Assembly (NCBI GenBank): GCA_046094385.1
Contig: JBJTHJ010000027.1
Span: 5,800 to 69,799, forward strand
DNA: 64,000 nucleotides
Origin: Candidatus Nanopelagicaceae bacterium
GTDB lineage: Bacteria > Actinomycetota > Actinomycetes > Nanopelagicales > Nanopelagicaceae
Direction of reading: 5' to 3'
The notes beneath the pieces are model-generated. The model did no database searches. It was not told where the DNA came from and saw only the letters and a list, made by a program, of their open reading frames with translations. The position numbers and the translations under genes are program-made. Numbering within the stretch: the stretch's first letter is position 1; every line of letters starts with the position of its first letter. Shown in pieces: positions 9,042 to 19,397 of the stretch.

Positions 9042-9526
9042 GTGAACACCGGTGGTATTACCACCACTTTCTTCTGCTTTAAATCCACGATTGGCACCAA
9101 CTGGCGCACAAACGGGATTAGAACTTCACCAGAATTGGTTTTAATGGCTAAACAATCTTGTGCTGGCAGATTAAGCACCTCGGTAATTACCCCAAATTCA
9201 CTGCCATCTTCAAGTTCCGCACGCAGGCCAATTAATTGTTGGACATGGTAATCATCTTCGTTGGCACCTGGCTCGTCTACATCCACTTCTGAATAGAGCA
9301 AGGTATTACGTAGCTTCTCGATGCCATTTCGATCATTGATGCCTTCAAAGCCGATTAGCAAAATGCCGTTATGTACTCGCGCACTTGCTACCTTTAATTT
9401 TCCATCATCAGTGAAAACTTCAGCGCCAATAGCAAAGCGACGCTCGGGTTCAGCAGTGCGAACCTCGATTGTCGCTTCACCTAAGATTCCGTGAGCGCGA
9501 CCGATGCGCCCAACGTTCAATCGCAT
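9038..9526 (-). CDS. rimM: 16S rRNA processing protein RimM
   Basis: VGRIGRAHGILGE N-terminal motif, PRC-barrel C-terminus, operon context. Confidence 0.9.
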   Translation of the reverse strand: MRLNVGRIGRAHGILGEATIEVRTAEPERRFAIGAEVFTDDGKLKVASARVHNGILLIGFEGINDRNGIEKLRNTLLYSEVDVDEPGANEDDYHVQQLIGLRAELEDGSEFGVITEVLNLPAQDCLAIKTNSGEVLIPFVRQLVPIVDLKQKKVVVIPPVFT

Positions 9527-9765
9527 TAGCGGACTTCGTCAGCCTCGATGAGATCTACGCGTACCGAACGACCTGCAAGCGCGCTCATCACAGTTCGTAA
9601 CGCTCTCGCGGTACGACCATTACGACCGATTACCTTGCGAATGTCCTCTGGATTGACATTAACTTCCAACGTGGTGCCACGACGATGTGTCTTCTCTTTC
9701 ACCACTACATCATCAGGGTTATCTACAATTCCCTTAACGAGATGCTCTAAAGCTTCGTCCAACAT
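9526..9765 (-). CDS. KH-domain RNA-binding protein (YlqC/UPF0109 family)
   Basis: 79 aa with VIGRNGRTARALRTV, a GXXG KH motif. Conserved position between rpsP and rimM. Confidence 0.85.
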   Translation of the reverse strand: MLDEALEHLVKGIVDNPDDVVVKEKTHRRGTTLEVNVNPEDIRKVIGRNGRTARALRTVMSALAGRSVRVDLIEADEVR

Positions 9766-9767
9766 AA

Positions 9768-10328
9768 TTACTCAGCTGGTTTTTCTTCAGGAGTTTCATC
9801 TGTTGTCGCAGATTCCTGTGGAACCTCTGCTACCGCTTCAGCGCTCGTTGGCTCGGACACAGCTTCTGTTGTCACAGGCTCAGCTGGAACCTCTGCTACC
9901 TCGTCGACAATCACCGGTTCGGACTTCTTAGCTAACTTATCTTGCGCCTTCTGCTTAGCGGTGGTTGCACCCTCTGCAGGTTCGTTAGCGGCTGCCTTTA
10001 CGGCATCTTCGTAATTTGCCTTCTTATCAAAACGAGCTGGTTGTGGCGCAACCGTACTTGAAGTACTTCCCTCGCCAGTGAATTTAGCCCAGTCGCCAGT
10101 TAATTTAAATAACTTGGTAACGGCTGCTGATGGTTGTGCGCCAACCTTTAGCCAATATTGTGCGCGCTCTGAATTGACCTCTACCAATGATGGCTCGTTG
10201 CCTGGGGCATAGCGACCGATCTCTTCGATCGACAATCCATTACGCGCCTTCTTGGAATCGATTACGACGATTCGAAAATAAGGTGTACGGATTTTTCCAA
10301 GACGCATCAAACGAATCTTTGTTGCCAA
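9768..10328 (-). CDS. rpsP: 30S ribosomal protein S16 with long acidic/Pro-Ala-Glu-rich C-terminal extension
   Basis: MATKIRLMRLGKIRTPYFRIVV N-terminus, TTG start preceded by TAGGAG. 186 aa versus roughly 80 aa for the core S16 fold. Confidence 0.9.
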   Translation of the reverse strand: MATKIRLMRLGKIRTPYFRIVVIDSKKARNGLSIEEIGRYAPGNEPSLVEVNSERAQYWLKVGAQPSAAVTKLFKLTGDWAKFTGEGSTSSTVAPQPARFDKKANYEDAVKAAANEPAEGATTAKQKAQDKLAKKSEPVIVDEVAEVPAEPVTTEAVSEPTSAEAVAEVPQESATTDETPEEKPAE

Positions 10329-10548
10329 AGTATTGCTCCTAAAATTGATTTTCTGGTGTCAGAGCCACTGTCGATTTGGAGTAACTGACAATGGACCTAA
10401 CTTGTACATCCGGCGCGGGTAGAGGGGCCGCGCTCAGACCCCCAATTCTGCCAAAGCTCTGTCCCTGAGCCAAATCCGGGGAATTTACGAGAATTAACGG
10501 TCCAAAAAGAGCGCATTATTTGGAACTGGCAGCGGCAGCACGCTTCAC

Positions 10549-10554
10549 TAGAAT
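10549..10554 (+). promoter_or_regulatory. candidate -10 hexamer TAGAAT placed for a leaderless MFS transcript
   Basis: TAGAAT ends 6 nt before the GTG at 10561, and the intervening CGCAAG has no Shine-Dalgarno. This spacing fits the actinobacterial leaderless mRNA architecture. Confidence 0.35.
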
Positions 10555-10560
10555 CGCAAG

Positions 10561-11850
10561 GTGAAGAGCGTCGCCATAGATCTGACACCGCTTCGCAGAT
10601 ATCGCGATTTTCGATTGATCTTCACTGCCGGCCTTTTCTCATATTTCGGCACCATGATTACTTTGGTAGCACTGCCCTTTCAAATTAAAGAGCTAACCAA
10701 TTCCTATTGGATGGTCGGCTTGATTGGCAGCGTAGAGATCGTTCCACTGGTAATTTTTGGACTATATGGCGGCGTACTTGCAGATCATGTAGATCGAAAG
10801 AAGATGATCTGGTTTACTGAATTTGGCACCTTGATTGCGACTTTAGTGCTTTTTCTAAATGCGCTTCGTGATGAACCAAGCGTGATTGTGATCTTCGTGA
10901 TTGCTGCGGTATTCGCTGCTTTAAGTGGCTTGAAGCGACCTAGCCAAGATGCGATATTGCCACGATTGGTTAACCATAATGATCTGCCGAGCGCCACTGC
11001 ACTCATGAGTCTTCGTTGGCAATTTGGCGGAATCGTTGGACCAGCAGTTGGTGGCTTGATTGTTGCTTCATATGGTGCGCAAGCTGGTTATCTTGTTGAT
11101 TGCACTACATTTATAGTTTCGTTGACCTTACTATCAAGAATTAATTCGGTGCCGCCGCTTACAACGCGGACTAGCCCCACCATACAAAGTCTCATGGAGG
11201 GAATCCGATATGCAGTTGGCAGGAAGGATCTGCTTGGAACCTACGTGGTTGACCTTGCTGCAATGTTCCTTGCGATGCCAATTGCGCTCTTTCCATTTTG
11301 GGCTGATGCAATTGGTGCGCCTTGGGCGCTTGGGCTTTTCTACTCATCCATTACCACCGGCGCAGTAATAGTCACTCTATCTAGTGGTTGGATGAGAAAT
11401 TATCCAAAACATGGAAAAGCAGTGGTGATTGGCGCACTTGGATGGGGAGTCGCAATTGTGATTGCTGGAACCACTGATTCTCTGCCATTAGTAATTGGCT
11501 CACTAATCGTGGCAGGTGCATTTGATCAGGTCAGTGCGATGTTTCGAGGTTTCATCTGGAATCAATCGATTCCTGATGAACTAAGAGGACGTCTCGCTGG
11601 AATAGAGATGATCTCCTACCTCGTGGGTCCGCTTGGTGGACAAGCCAGAGCCGGTGGCATGGCGGCATTGACTTCGCTTAGAACTTCGATAATTGGTGGT
11701 GGAGTTCTATGTATCGGCTTTGTGGCAGTTATCGCATCCGCCATGGAGAAGTTTAGAAATTACGATGTGAGAACAAATGAATATGCTTTAAGAGAGATTG
11801 AGATCAGAAAGGCCAGAGAGGCTTCTAGAGATGCTTCTTTGGACTCTTAA
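10561..11850 (+). CDS. MFS transporter (EntS/MFS_3-like efflux family)
   Basis: 429 aa with about 12 predicted TM segments. LADHVDRKKMI loop motif between TM2 and TM3. GTG start with no SD and a TAGAAT hexamer 6 nt upstream. Confidence 0.75.
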   Translation: MKSVAIDLTPLRRYRDFRLIFTAGLFSYFGTMITLVALPFQIKELTNSYWMVGLIGSVEIVPLVIFGLYGGVLADHVDRKKMIWFTEFGTLIATLVLFLNALRDEPSVIVIFVIAAVFAALSGLKRPSQDAILPRLVNHNDLPSATALMSLRWQFGGIVGPAVGGLIVASYGAQAGYLVDCTTFIVSLTLLSRINSVPPLTTRTSPTIQSLMEGIRYAVGRKDLLGTYVVDLAAMFLAMPIALFPFWADAIGAPWALGLFYSSITTGAVIVTLSSGWMRNYPKHGKAVVIGALGWGVAIVIAGTTDSLPLVIGSLIVAGAFDQVSAMFRGFIWNQSIPDELRGRLAGIEMISYLVGPLGGQARAGGMAALTSLRTSIIGGGVLCIGFVAVIASAMEKFRNYDVRTNEYALREIEIRKAREASRDASLDS

Positions 11851-11854
11851 ATTT

Positions 11855-13288
11855 CTATCGCTCTTCTGCGGCACGTTTTGCTGGATTTCCACTACGAGAC
11901 TTTTTCTTATTAACAACTGGCGTTCTTGATTGAGATGGCATGGCCGGTATCGGTGGCATTCCAGGTAGCGATCCCCCACTTCGCATGACCTTCATCGCTT
12001 TCTGTGCCTGTGCAAAGCGATCTACCAAATTATTCACCTCTGATACTTGGCGACCACTTCCCTTTGCAATTCGCGCACGACGTGAACCATTTAGGATTTT
12101 TGGATCGCGTCGCTCCGCCGGAGTCATTGATTGCACAATCGCAGTGGATTTGGTGATTTCAGAGTCATCAATATTTGCCATCTGCTTCTTAACTTGTGCA
12201 GAGTTCAACCCGGGCATCATGCCGAGAATCTTCGACATCGACCCCATCTTGGAGATTCCCTGCAATTGTTCTAGAAAATCTTCAAGAGTGAAGTCCTCGC
12301 CTTTCTCAAACTTCTCTTCCAGCCTCTTGGTAGTTTGCGCATCCAAAGCTTTCTTAGCTTGCTCTGCCAAGGTAGCTACATCGCCTAAACCTAGAATCCT
12401 AGAAGCCATTCGCTCTGGGTAGAAAATATCGAACTCATTCAACTTCTCACCGGTTGATGCAAAGAGGATTGGCTTTCCAGTTAATTTGGCAATTGAAAGC
12501 GCAGCGCCACCTTTGGCATCGCCATCTAACTTAGTTAGGACTACTCCATCAAAGCCCACGCCCTCACTAAAGGCATTTGCAGTGCGCACTGCATCCTGTC
12601 CGATCATCGCGTCAACGACAAATAAGATCTCATCTGGCTTTACCGCATCACGAATGGCAATCGCTTCATTCATAAGCTCTTGATCTACGCCGAGTCGACC
12701 AGCGGTATCCACAATCACCATGTTGTGTAACTTCTGTCTTGCGAAATCCAAGCCAGCTTTAGCGACTTTAACTGGGTCGCCAACACCATTGCCAGGTTCC
12801 GGTGCAAATACAGGAATTGATACTTGCTCACCAACTATCTGTAATTGCGTTACCGCATTCGGCCTTTGTAGATCAGAGGCCACCAAGAGCGGCGTATTAC
12901 CTTGTTCCTTTAAATACTTGGCCAATTTTCCAGCCAAAGTGGTTTTACCGGCACCCTGAAGACCTGCCAACATGATGACTGTAGGTGGATTTTTTGCAAA
13001 CCTTATTCGGCGAGCTTCTCCGCCTAAAGTTTCCACCAACTCAGCATGAATAAGATCAAAAATCGCTTGTGCCTGGTTGGTTCCGGCTTGCAAACTCGGT
13101 AATAGCTCCAAAGATTTGTTTCGTGCGCTCTCTACGAATTGATCTACTACCTCAAGAGCCACATCTGCATCTAATAAAGCGGCACGAATTTCGCTAAAAG
13201 TATCATCTATATCCGAAGGCGATAACTTCCCGCGGCCTCGGAGCTTTGATAGCGCCGAGCCAAAACGGGAAGTTAGGCCTTCGAACAT
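11855..13288 (-). CDS. ffh: signal recognition particle protein Ffh
   Basis: GLQGAGKTT, DTAGR and TKLDGDAKGG GTPase motifs. Met-rich M domain (MGSMSKILGMMPG). Confidence 0.95.
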   Translation of the reverse strand: MFEGLTSRFGSALSKLRGRGKLSPSDIDDTFSEIRAALLDADVALEVVDQFVESARNKSLELLPSLQAGTNQAQAIFDLIHAELVETLGGEARRIRFAKNPPTVIMLAGLQGAGKTTLAGKLAKYLKEQGNTPLLVASDLQRPNAVTQLQIVGEQVSIPVFAPEPGNGVGDPVKVAKAGLDFARQKLHNMVIVDTAGRLGVDQELMNEAIAIRDAVKPDEILFVVDAMIGQDAVRTANAFSEGVGFDGVVLTKLDGDAKGGAALSIAKLTGKPILFASTGEKLNEFDIFYPERMASRILGLGDVATLAEQAKKALDAQTTKRLEEKFEKGEDFTLEDFLEQLQGISKMGSMSKILGMMPGLNSAQVKKQMANIDDSEITKSTAIVQSMTPAERRDPKILNGSRRARIAKGSGRQVSEVNNLVDRFAQAQKAMKVMRSGGSLPGMPPIPAMPSQSRTPVVNKKKSRSGNPAKRAAEER

Positions 13289-13306
13289 AAGAAGGAGATT
13301 GTAAGG

Positions 13307-14931
<1,625 letters not shown>

Positions 14932-14948
14932 TTGTATTCACCTATCCC

Positions 14949-14990
14949 TGAAGGATTAAGAGCTCAACGCTGAGATGGGAGCATCCTTCA
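14949..14990. repeat. inverted repeat TGAAGGAT / ATCCTTCA (8-bp arms, 26-nt spacer with nested GCTC/GAGC) between ftsY stop and amt start
   Basis: Read directly from the sequence. No T-tract follows on the minus strand, so it is not a canonical terminator. Confidence 0.5.
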
Positions 14991-15010
14991 TTTGGGTGGT
15001 TACAGAAGTG

Positions 15011-15823
15011 TTAAGAGAGCAGTCCTTTTACGTAAGCATTGGCATCGAATGTTTCGAAATCGTTAACAGATTCTCCGGTACCCACCCATTTCACGGGGAT
15101 ATCAAATTTGTGCTCAATGGCTAGCGCAATACCGCCCCGGGCCGAACCATCGAGCTTGGTGAGGATGATTCCAGTTACCTCGACCGCCTCGGTGAAAATT
15201 GCGGCTTGCGCCAGACCATTTTGTCCCGTGGTCGCATCGATTACCAACAAGACCTCTGAAACTTGCGCACTCTTTTCTATCACGCGACGCACTTTCGCAA
15301 GCTCCGCCATCAAATCTGCCTTATTGTGTAGACGTCCAGCGGTATCGACTATGAGGTTATCTAGCTGGTGATCCAAAAAATATTTAGTTGCATCAAAGAC
15401 CACTGCAGCCGGATCCGAACTATCAGTATTGCTAATCACGGGAACTTCGATCTTGGCGCCCCAAGTCTTCAATTGCTCAACCGCCGCCGCTCTAAAGGTA
15501 TCTGCAGCCGCAAGTGCGCTCTTGCCGGGGAGTACCTTTGCAAGCTTGGCAGCCGAAGTAGTCTTTCCGGTGCCATTAACACCCACAATCAAAATCACTC
15601 CGGATTTGGTAGTGCGATCTTTCATGGAGAGAGCATCGGTAAGACTTTGAGTAAGGGCAGCTATTGGAGCTAACTTCGATTTGCGAGAGCCATTGATGAT
15701 GCTATCTGTAAGTTCGCGGCCTAAATCTGATTTTAAAAGCTCTGCTTCTAGCTCTTTCCAATCTGATTCTTTGGCCTCACTTGAGCCAAGCACTCTTTCT
15801 ACAAACTTTTTGAAAAGACCCAT
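15011..15823 (-). CDS. ftsY: signal recognition particle receptor FtsY (short NG-only form)
   Basis: GVNGTGKTTS, DTAGRLHNK, TKLDGSARGG. Amphipathic N-terminus MGLFKKFVERV. 270 aa with no acidic A domain. Confidence 0.9.
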   Translation of the reverse strand: MGLFKKFVERVLGSSEAKESDWKELEAELLKSDLGRELTDSIINGSRKSKLAPIAALTQSLTDALSMKDRTTKSGVILIVGVNGTGKTTSAAKLAKVLPGKSALAAADTFRAAAVEQLKTWGAKIEVPVISNTDSSDPAAVVFDATKYFLDHQLDNLIVDTAGRLHNKADLMAELAKVRRVIEKSAQVSEVLLVIDATTGQNGLAQAAIFTEAVEVTGIILTKLDGSARGGIALAIEHKFDIPVKWVGTGESVNDFETFDANAYVKGLLS

Positions 15824-15848
15824 ATTCTTTTACTAATCAACTTTATAG

Positions 15849-18800
15849 TTATGCAGTTTCGGACTCACGAAGTCTCTGTGAAATAACTTCCGTGACTCCA
15901 TCGCCGCGCATAGTAACTCCGTAAAGTGCATCAGCAACTTCCATTGTGCGCTTTTGATGGGTAATGATGATCAATTGTGAGTTGGTACGTAGATCCTCCA
16001 AGACTCCCAACAATCTCTGGAGATTTACATCATCAAGTGCGGCTTCAACCTCATCCAAGATGTAGAAAGGACTTGGGCGAGATTTGAAAATCGCAACCAA
16101 CATCGCCACCACGGTCAACGACTTCTCGCCACCTGAAAGCAACGAAAGCCTCTTAATGCGCTTTCCAGGAGGACGCGCTTCGATATCCACACCGGTAGTT
16201 AGTAAGTCATCTGGATTGGTCAATATCAATCGACCTTCACCGCCTGGGAAGAGTCTCTCGAAAATATCCTTGAAGTGTTTAGCAGTCTCTTCGTAGGCTT
16301 CCATGAAGATTGATTGGACCCGATCATCTACCTCTTTGACGATGTCAAGAAGGTCTTTCTTGGTTCGCTTTAAATCCTCTAATTGTTCAGTTAGGAATTT
16401 TAATCGCTCTTCTACCGAGTTATATTCTTCGAGCGCTAGTGGATTTATCTTGCCTAGGAGATTTAGCGCTTTCTCGGTTTGAGCCAAACGTTTCTCTTGT
16501 TGATCGCGACGATAAGGCACATGTTCGCCTTCGATAATTTGGCCATCATCGGTTTCGATAAATGTCGGCACATCGCGATGTGGTCCATATTCATTCTGCA
16601 GAGTTTCAACATCTACGCCGAAATCTTCAAGCGCTTTTTGAGCTAACGCTTCAATCCGAAGTCGTTGCTCACTTCTAGCTAGCTCATCGCGATGGACGCT
16701 AGAGGTAAGTTGCTCAAGCTCCTGCGCTAACTCTCGATTGCGAGAACGAACAGCGAGCGTCTCACCTTCGCGCTGTTGCTTTGACTCCTCCAATCGCGAA
16801 CGTTCTGCACCAGCCTTTGCGATTGAGCGTTCGATATGCACCAATGTCTCGTAAGCCGCCTCGCCGATTGCTTGCGATACCACCGCTGCTCTAGCTCGAT
16901 TTGCTCGACGATTGATCGCATTCTCATTGGCAACTCGCTCGGCAAGGGCTGCTGCCTCCAAACTTGAAGCGCGCTCTGCAATCGAGTTAACGCGTTCCTC
17001 AGCTGTGCGAACTGCAAGTCGCGCCTCAACTTCTGCGCTTCTAACCACAGTTAGTTTCTCTCGAAGCGCTTCAGCTACCGAATGATCAGGTTCTGTGATC
17101 TCTACATGTTGACCTAACTGGCTCTTTGCAATCTCTAATTCACGTTCGTCAGCCACTCGCTCATTGGCGGCTTCTGAGATCGCAATGTCCAATCGCTCTA
17201 CCTCTGCCTTTGCAGATTTTATGTTCTGCCCTGCCACTGCCAGTTGTTCGGTTAATGCAGAGATGCGCGCATCCGAGTCATTTAATCTAGATAGCGCTAA
17301 GTCATATTCGCTTTGACGATTTGATAACCCATGTTGCGCACTTTGTATTTCAAAGGTTAGTCGTTCGCACTCATGGTTAGCATCAACTAGTTCCTTAGTA
17401 AGTTCAGTCATTAGTGATTGAATCTCTATTAAAGAACTTTGATTCTTGGATCCGCCACGGACTTGGGAATTGGTAAATCTATCTCCATCTAGAGTAACTA
17501 CTATCAATTCGAAACGATCCTGGTGCGAAGCCAAGATTTGAGCTGCGCTTTCAGCGCTCTCTGCTAGCGCCACATTTGCCAATATTGCACCGAGTAATGC
17601 AGATACTGACTCTGTGCTTACATAATTAAGTAAAGGGGTTAAGCCAGCTGGTAATTGGCTTCCTGGCAGCTTGGCCCCATTTGAGACTAAGAGTTCTGCT
17701 TGTCCTAGATTCTGATTACGAAGAGTGTTGATCGCAGTTACTGCGGTATTTAAATCTTGCACCACAATTGAATCTGACAAAGTGCCAAGTGCTGCAGCTA
17801 CTGCAGATTCATAGCCAGGTTGCACCGTAATCAAAGTTGCTAGAGAGCCAAGCAGGCGAACGCCACGAGAATCCTGCAAGAGTGCAGAGGAACCATCTCT
17901 GTTTTGGCTAGTCAATTTGAGCGCTTCCAACTTTGATTCTATGGAATTACGCTTTCGATCCGCGCTACGCTCGGCCTCATTTAATTTAGAGAGCGCCTCT
18001 TTTGCCTTATCTAAGGATGTCTTAGCGCTTTCAAACTGGGTATCTAAGCCAATCTCACCGCTATCTGCACTCGCAATCTCTAACTCAAACTGTGCATACT
18101 CGCTCTGCGCATTTTCAGCTCTAGTCTTCGCATCATCTCTAGCTTTCGTTAAACGAGTGATCTCTTGAGCCATCGCATCTAAACGAGCTTGCAAAGATTT
18201 GATATGGCCTTCTTGGCGTGCCGTTCCTTCGCGCTGATCTGCAATTGCCCTTAGCATCGCTGCAATGCGATCCTCTTCTGCTTTTACATCGATCTCTAAA
18301 TTTCTAAGCGAGTTGATTGCTTGATTTAACTCATCCTGCTTGCCATGTAAGCCAACCCGAAGTTGCTGTTCCTCGGCTCTTAGTGTTGATGCTTCTTGAT
18401 CGAGCGCCTCTGGATCTCTACCGGATGTGATTTCAGAATCCTGAGTTAAGAATCTAGTGCGCTCCTGTGCCAGTGCTGCCACTGCTCGCAATTTCTCACG
18501 AATTCCAGTGAGTGCATAGTAAGTCTCTTGCGCCTCGGTAAGTAGTGGACCTTCAAATGCCGCTGCTGCATCTAGCGCCTCTTCGCGAGAACGAACTCCT
18601 TCCAAATCCGCTTCGACAATCGCCCTTCGCTCTCTTAGTGCATTCTCATCTGCAACTTCAGCGCTGAATAACTTATTCATTGAAATATAGTCATCTGCCA
18701 ACAAACGTAACTTCACATCGCGTAAATCAGCTTGGATTGTGGCCGCTTTCTTTGCGACCTCTGCTTGCTTTCCAAGCGGTTTTAGTTGTCTGCGTAGCTC

Positions 18801-19388
18801 TACGGTTAAGTCTTGAACTCGCGCCATATTGGCTTGCATGGAATCTAATTTGCGAAGCGCTTTCTCTTTGCGCTTACGATGCTTTAGAACACCGGCCGCC
18901 TCTTCGATAAAAGCTCTGCGCTCTTCAGGGGTTGCCATCAAGATCGCATCTAATTGGCCTTGGCCAACAATCACATGCATCTCACGGCCGATTCCGGAAT
19001 CAGATAGCAACTCTTGGATATCTAAAAGCCTTACACCTTCACCATTGATTTGATATTCACTCTGTCCGTTACGAAAGAGAATTCTGGAGATTGTGACTTC
19101 GCTGTAATCAATCGGAAGCGAACCATCTGAATTGTCGATGGTGAGTGAGACTTCGGCTCGGCCAAGTGGCGCACGACCTGAAGTTCCAGCGAAGATGACA
19201 TCTTCCATCTTGCCACCGCGCAGTGATTTAGCGCCCTGCTCGCCCATTACCCAACTGATTGCATCAACCACATTGGACTTACCGGAGCCATTTGGACCAA
19301 CCACGCAGGTGATACCTGGCTCTAATAACAGGGTCGTTGAAGAGGCAAAGGACTTAAAGCCCTTGATGGTCAGACTCTTCAAATACAC
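15849..19388 (-). CDS. smc: chromosome segregation protein SMC
   Basis: 1179 aa. N-terminal Walker A GPNGSGKSN, long coiled coils plus hinge, C-terminal LSGGEKSLTVVAM and ILDEVEAALD. Confidence 0.95.
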   Translation of the reverse strand: MYLKSLTIKGFKSFASSTTLLLEPGITCVVGPNGSGKSNVVDAISWVMGEQGAKSLRGGKMEDVIFAGTSGRAPLGRAEVSLTIDNSDGSLPIDYSEVTISRILFRNGQSEYQINGEGVRLLDIQELLSDSGIGREMHVIVGQGQLDAILMATPEERRAFIEEAAGVLKHRKRKEKALRKLDSMQANMARVQDLTVELRRQLKPLGKQAEVAKKAATIQADLRDVKLRLLADDYISMNKLFSAEVADENALRERRAIVEADLEGVRSREEALDAAAAFEGPLLTEAQETYYALTGIREKLRAVAALAQERTRFLTQDSEITSGRDPEALDQEASTLRAEEQQLRVGLHGKQDELNQAINSLRNLEIDVKAEEDRIAAMLRAIADQREGTARQEGHIKSLQARLDAMAQEITRLTKARDDAKTRAENAQSEYAQFELEIASADSGEIGLDTQFESAKTSLDKAKEALSKLNEAERSADRKRNSIESKLEALKLTSQNRDGSSALLQDSRGVRLLGSLATLITVQPGYESAVAAALGTLSDSIVVQDLNTAVTAINTLRNQNLGQAELLVSNGAKLPGSQLPAGLTPLLNYVSTESVSALLGAILANVALAESAESAAQILASHQDRFELIVVTLDGDRFTNSQVRGGSKNQSSLIEIQSLMTELTKELVDANHECERLTFEIQSAQHGLSNRQSEYDLALSRLNDSDARISALTEQLAVAGQNIKSAKAEVERLDIAISEAANERVADERELEIAKSQLGQHVEITEPDHSVAEALREKLTVVRSAEVEARLAVRTAEERVNSIAERASSLEAAALAERVANENAINRRANRARAAVVSQAIGEAAYETLVHIERSIAKAGAERSRLEESKQQREGETLAVRSRNRELAQELEQLTSSVHRDELARSEQRLRIEALAQKALEDFGVDVETLQNEYGPHRDVPTFIETDDGQIIEGEHVPYRRDQQEKRLAQTEKALNLLGKINPLALEEYNSVEERLKFLTEQLEDLKRTKKDLLDIVKEVDDRVQSIFMEAYEETAKHFKDIFERLFPGGEGRLILTNPDDLLTTGVDIEARPPGKRIKRLSLLSGGEKSLTVVAMLVAIFKSRPSPFYILDEVEAALDDVNLQRLLGVLEDLRTNSQLIIITHQKRTMEVADALYGVTMRGDGVTEVISQRLRESETA

Positions 19389-19397
19389 GCGGAAAAC

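Noticed and set aside
10408-10480. Possibility that the GC-rich element is a known RNA such as 6C RNA, SRP (4.5S) RNA or a known S16 leader.
   Set aside because: 6C needs two hairpins with C-rich loops, and only one such loop is present. The conserved SRP domain IV sequence (GGAA/AGCAG-type symmetric loop) is not visible. I know of no S16 leader family for Actinobacteria. It is therefore left as an unclassified candidate rather than named.
10397-10588. 63-aa minus-strand ORF and a 25-codon plus-strand ORF (ATG at 10391) in the rpsP/MFS intergenic region.
   Set aside because: Neither has an RBS. Their composition is driven by the GC-rich hairpins, so the region is better explained as structured RNA or regulatory DNA.
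14991-15010. GlnR box upstream of amt.
   Set aside because: Only one GTAAC half-site is present, and the second half-site does not fit gTnAc-n6-GaAAc. It is mentioned as weak in the findings but not called as a feature.
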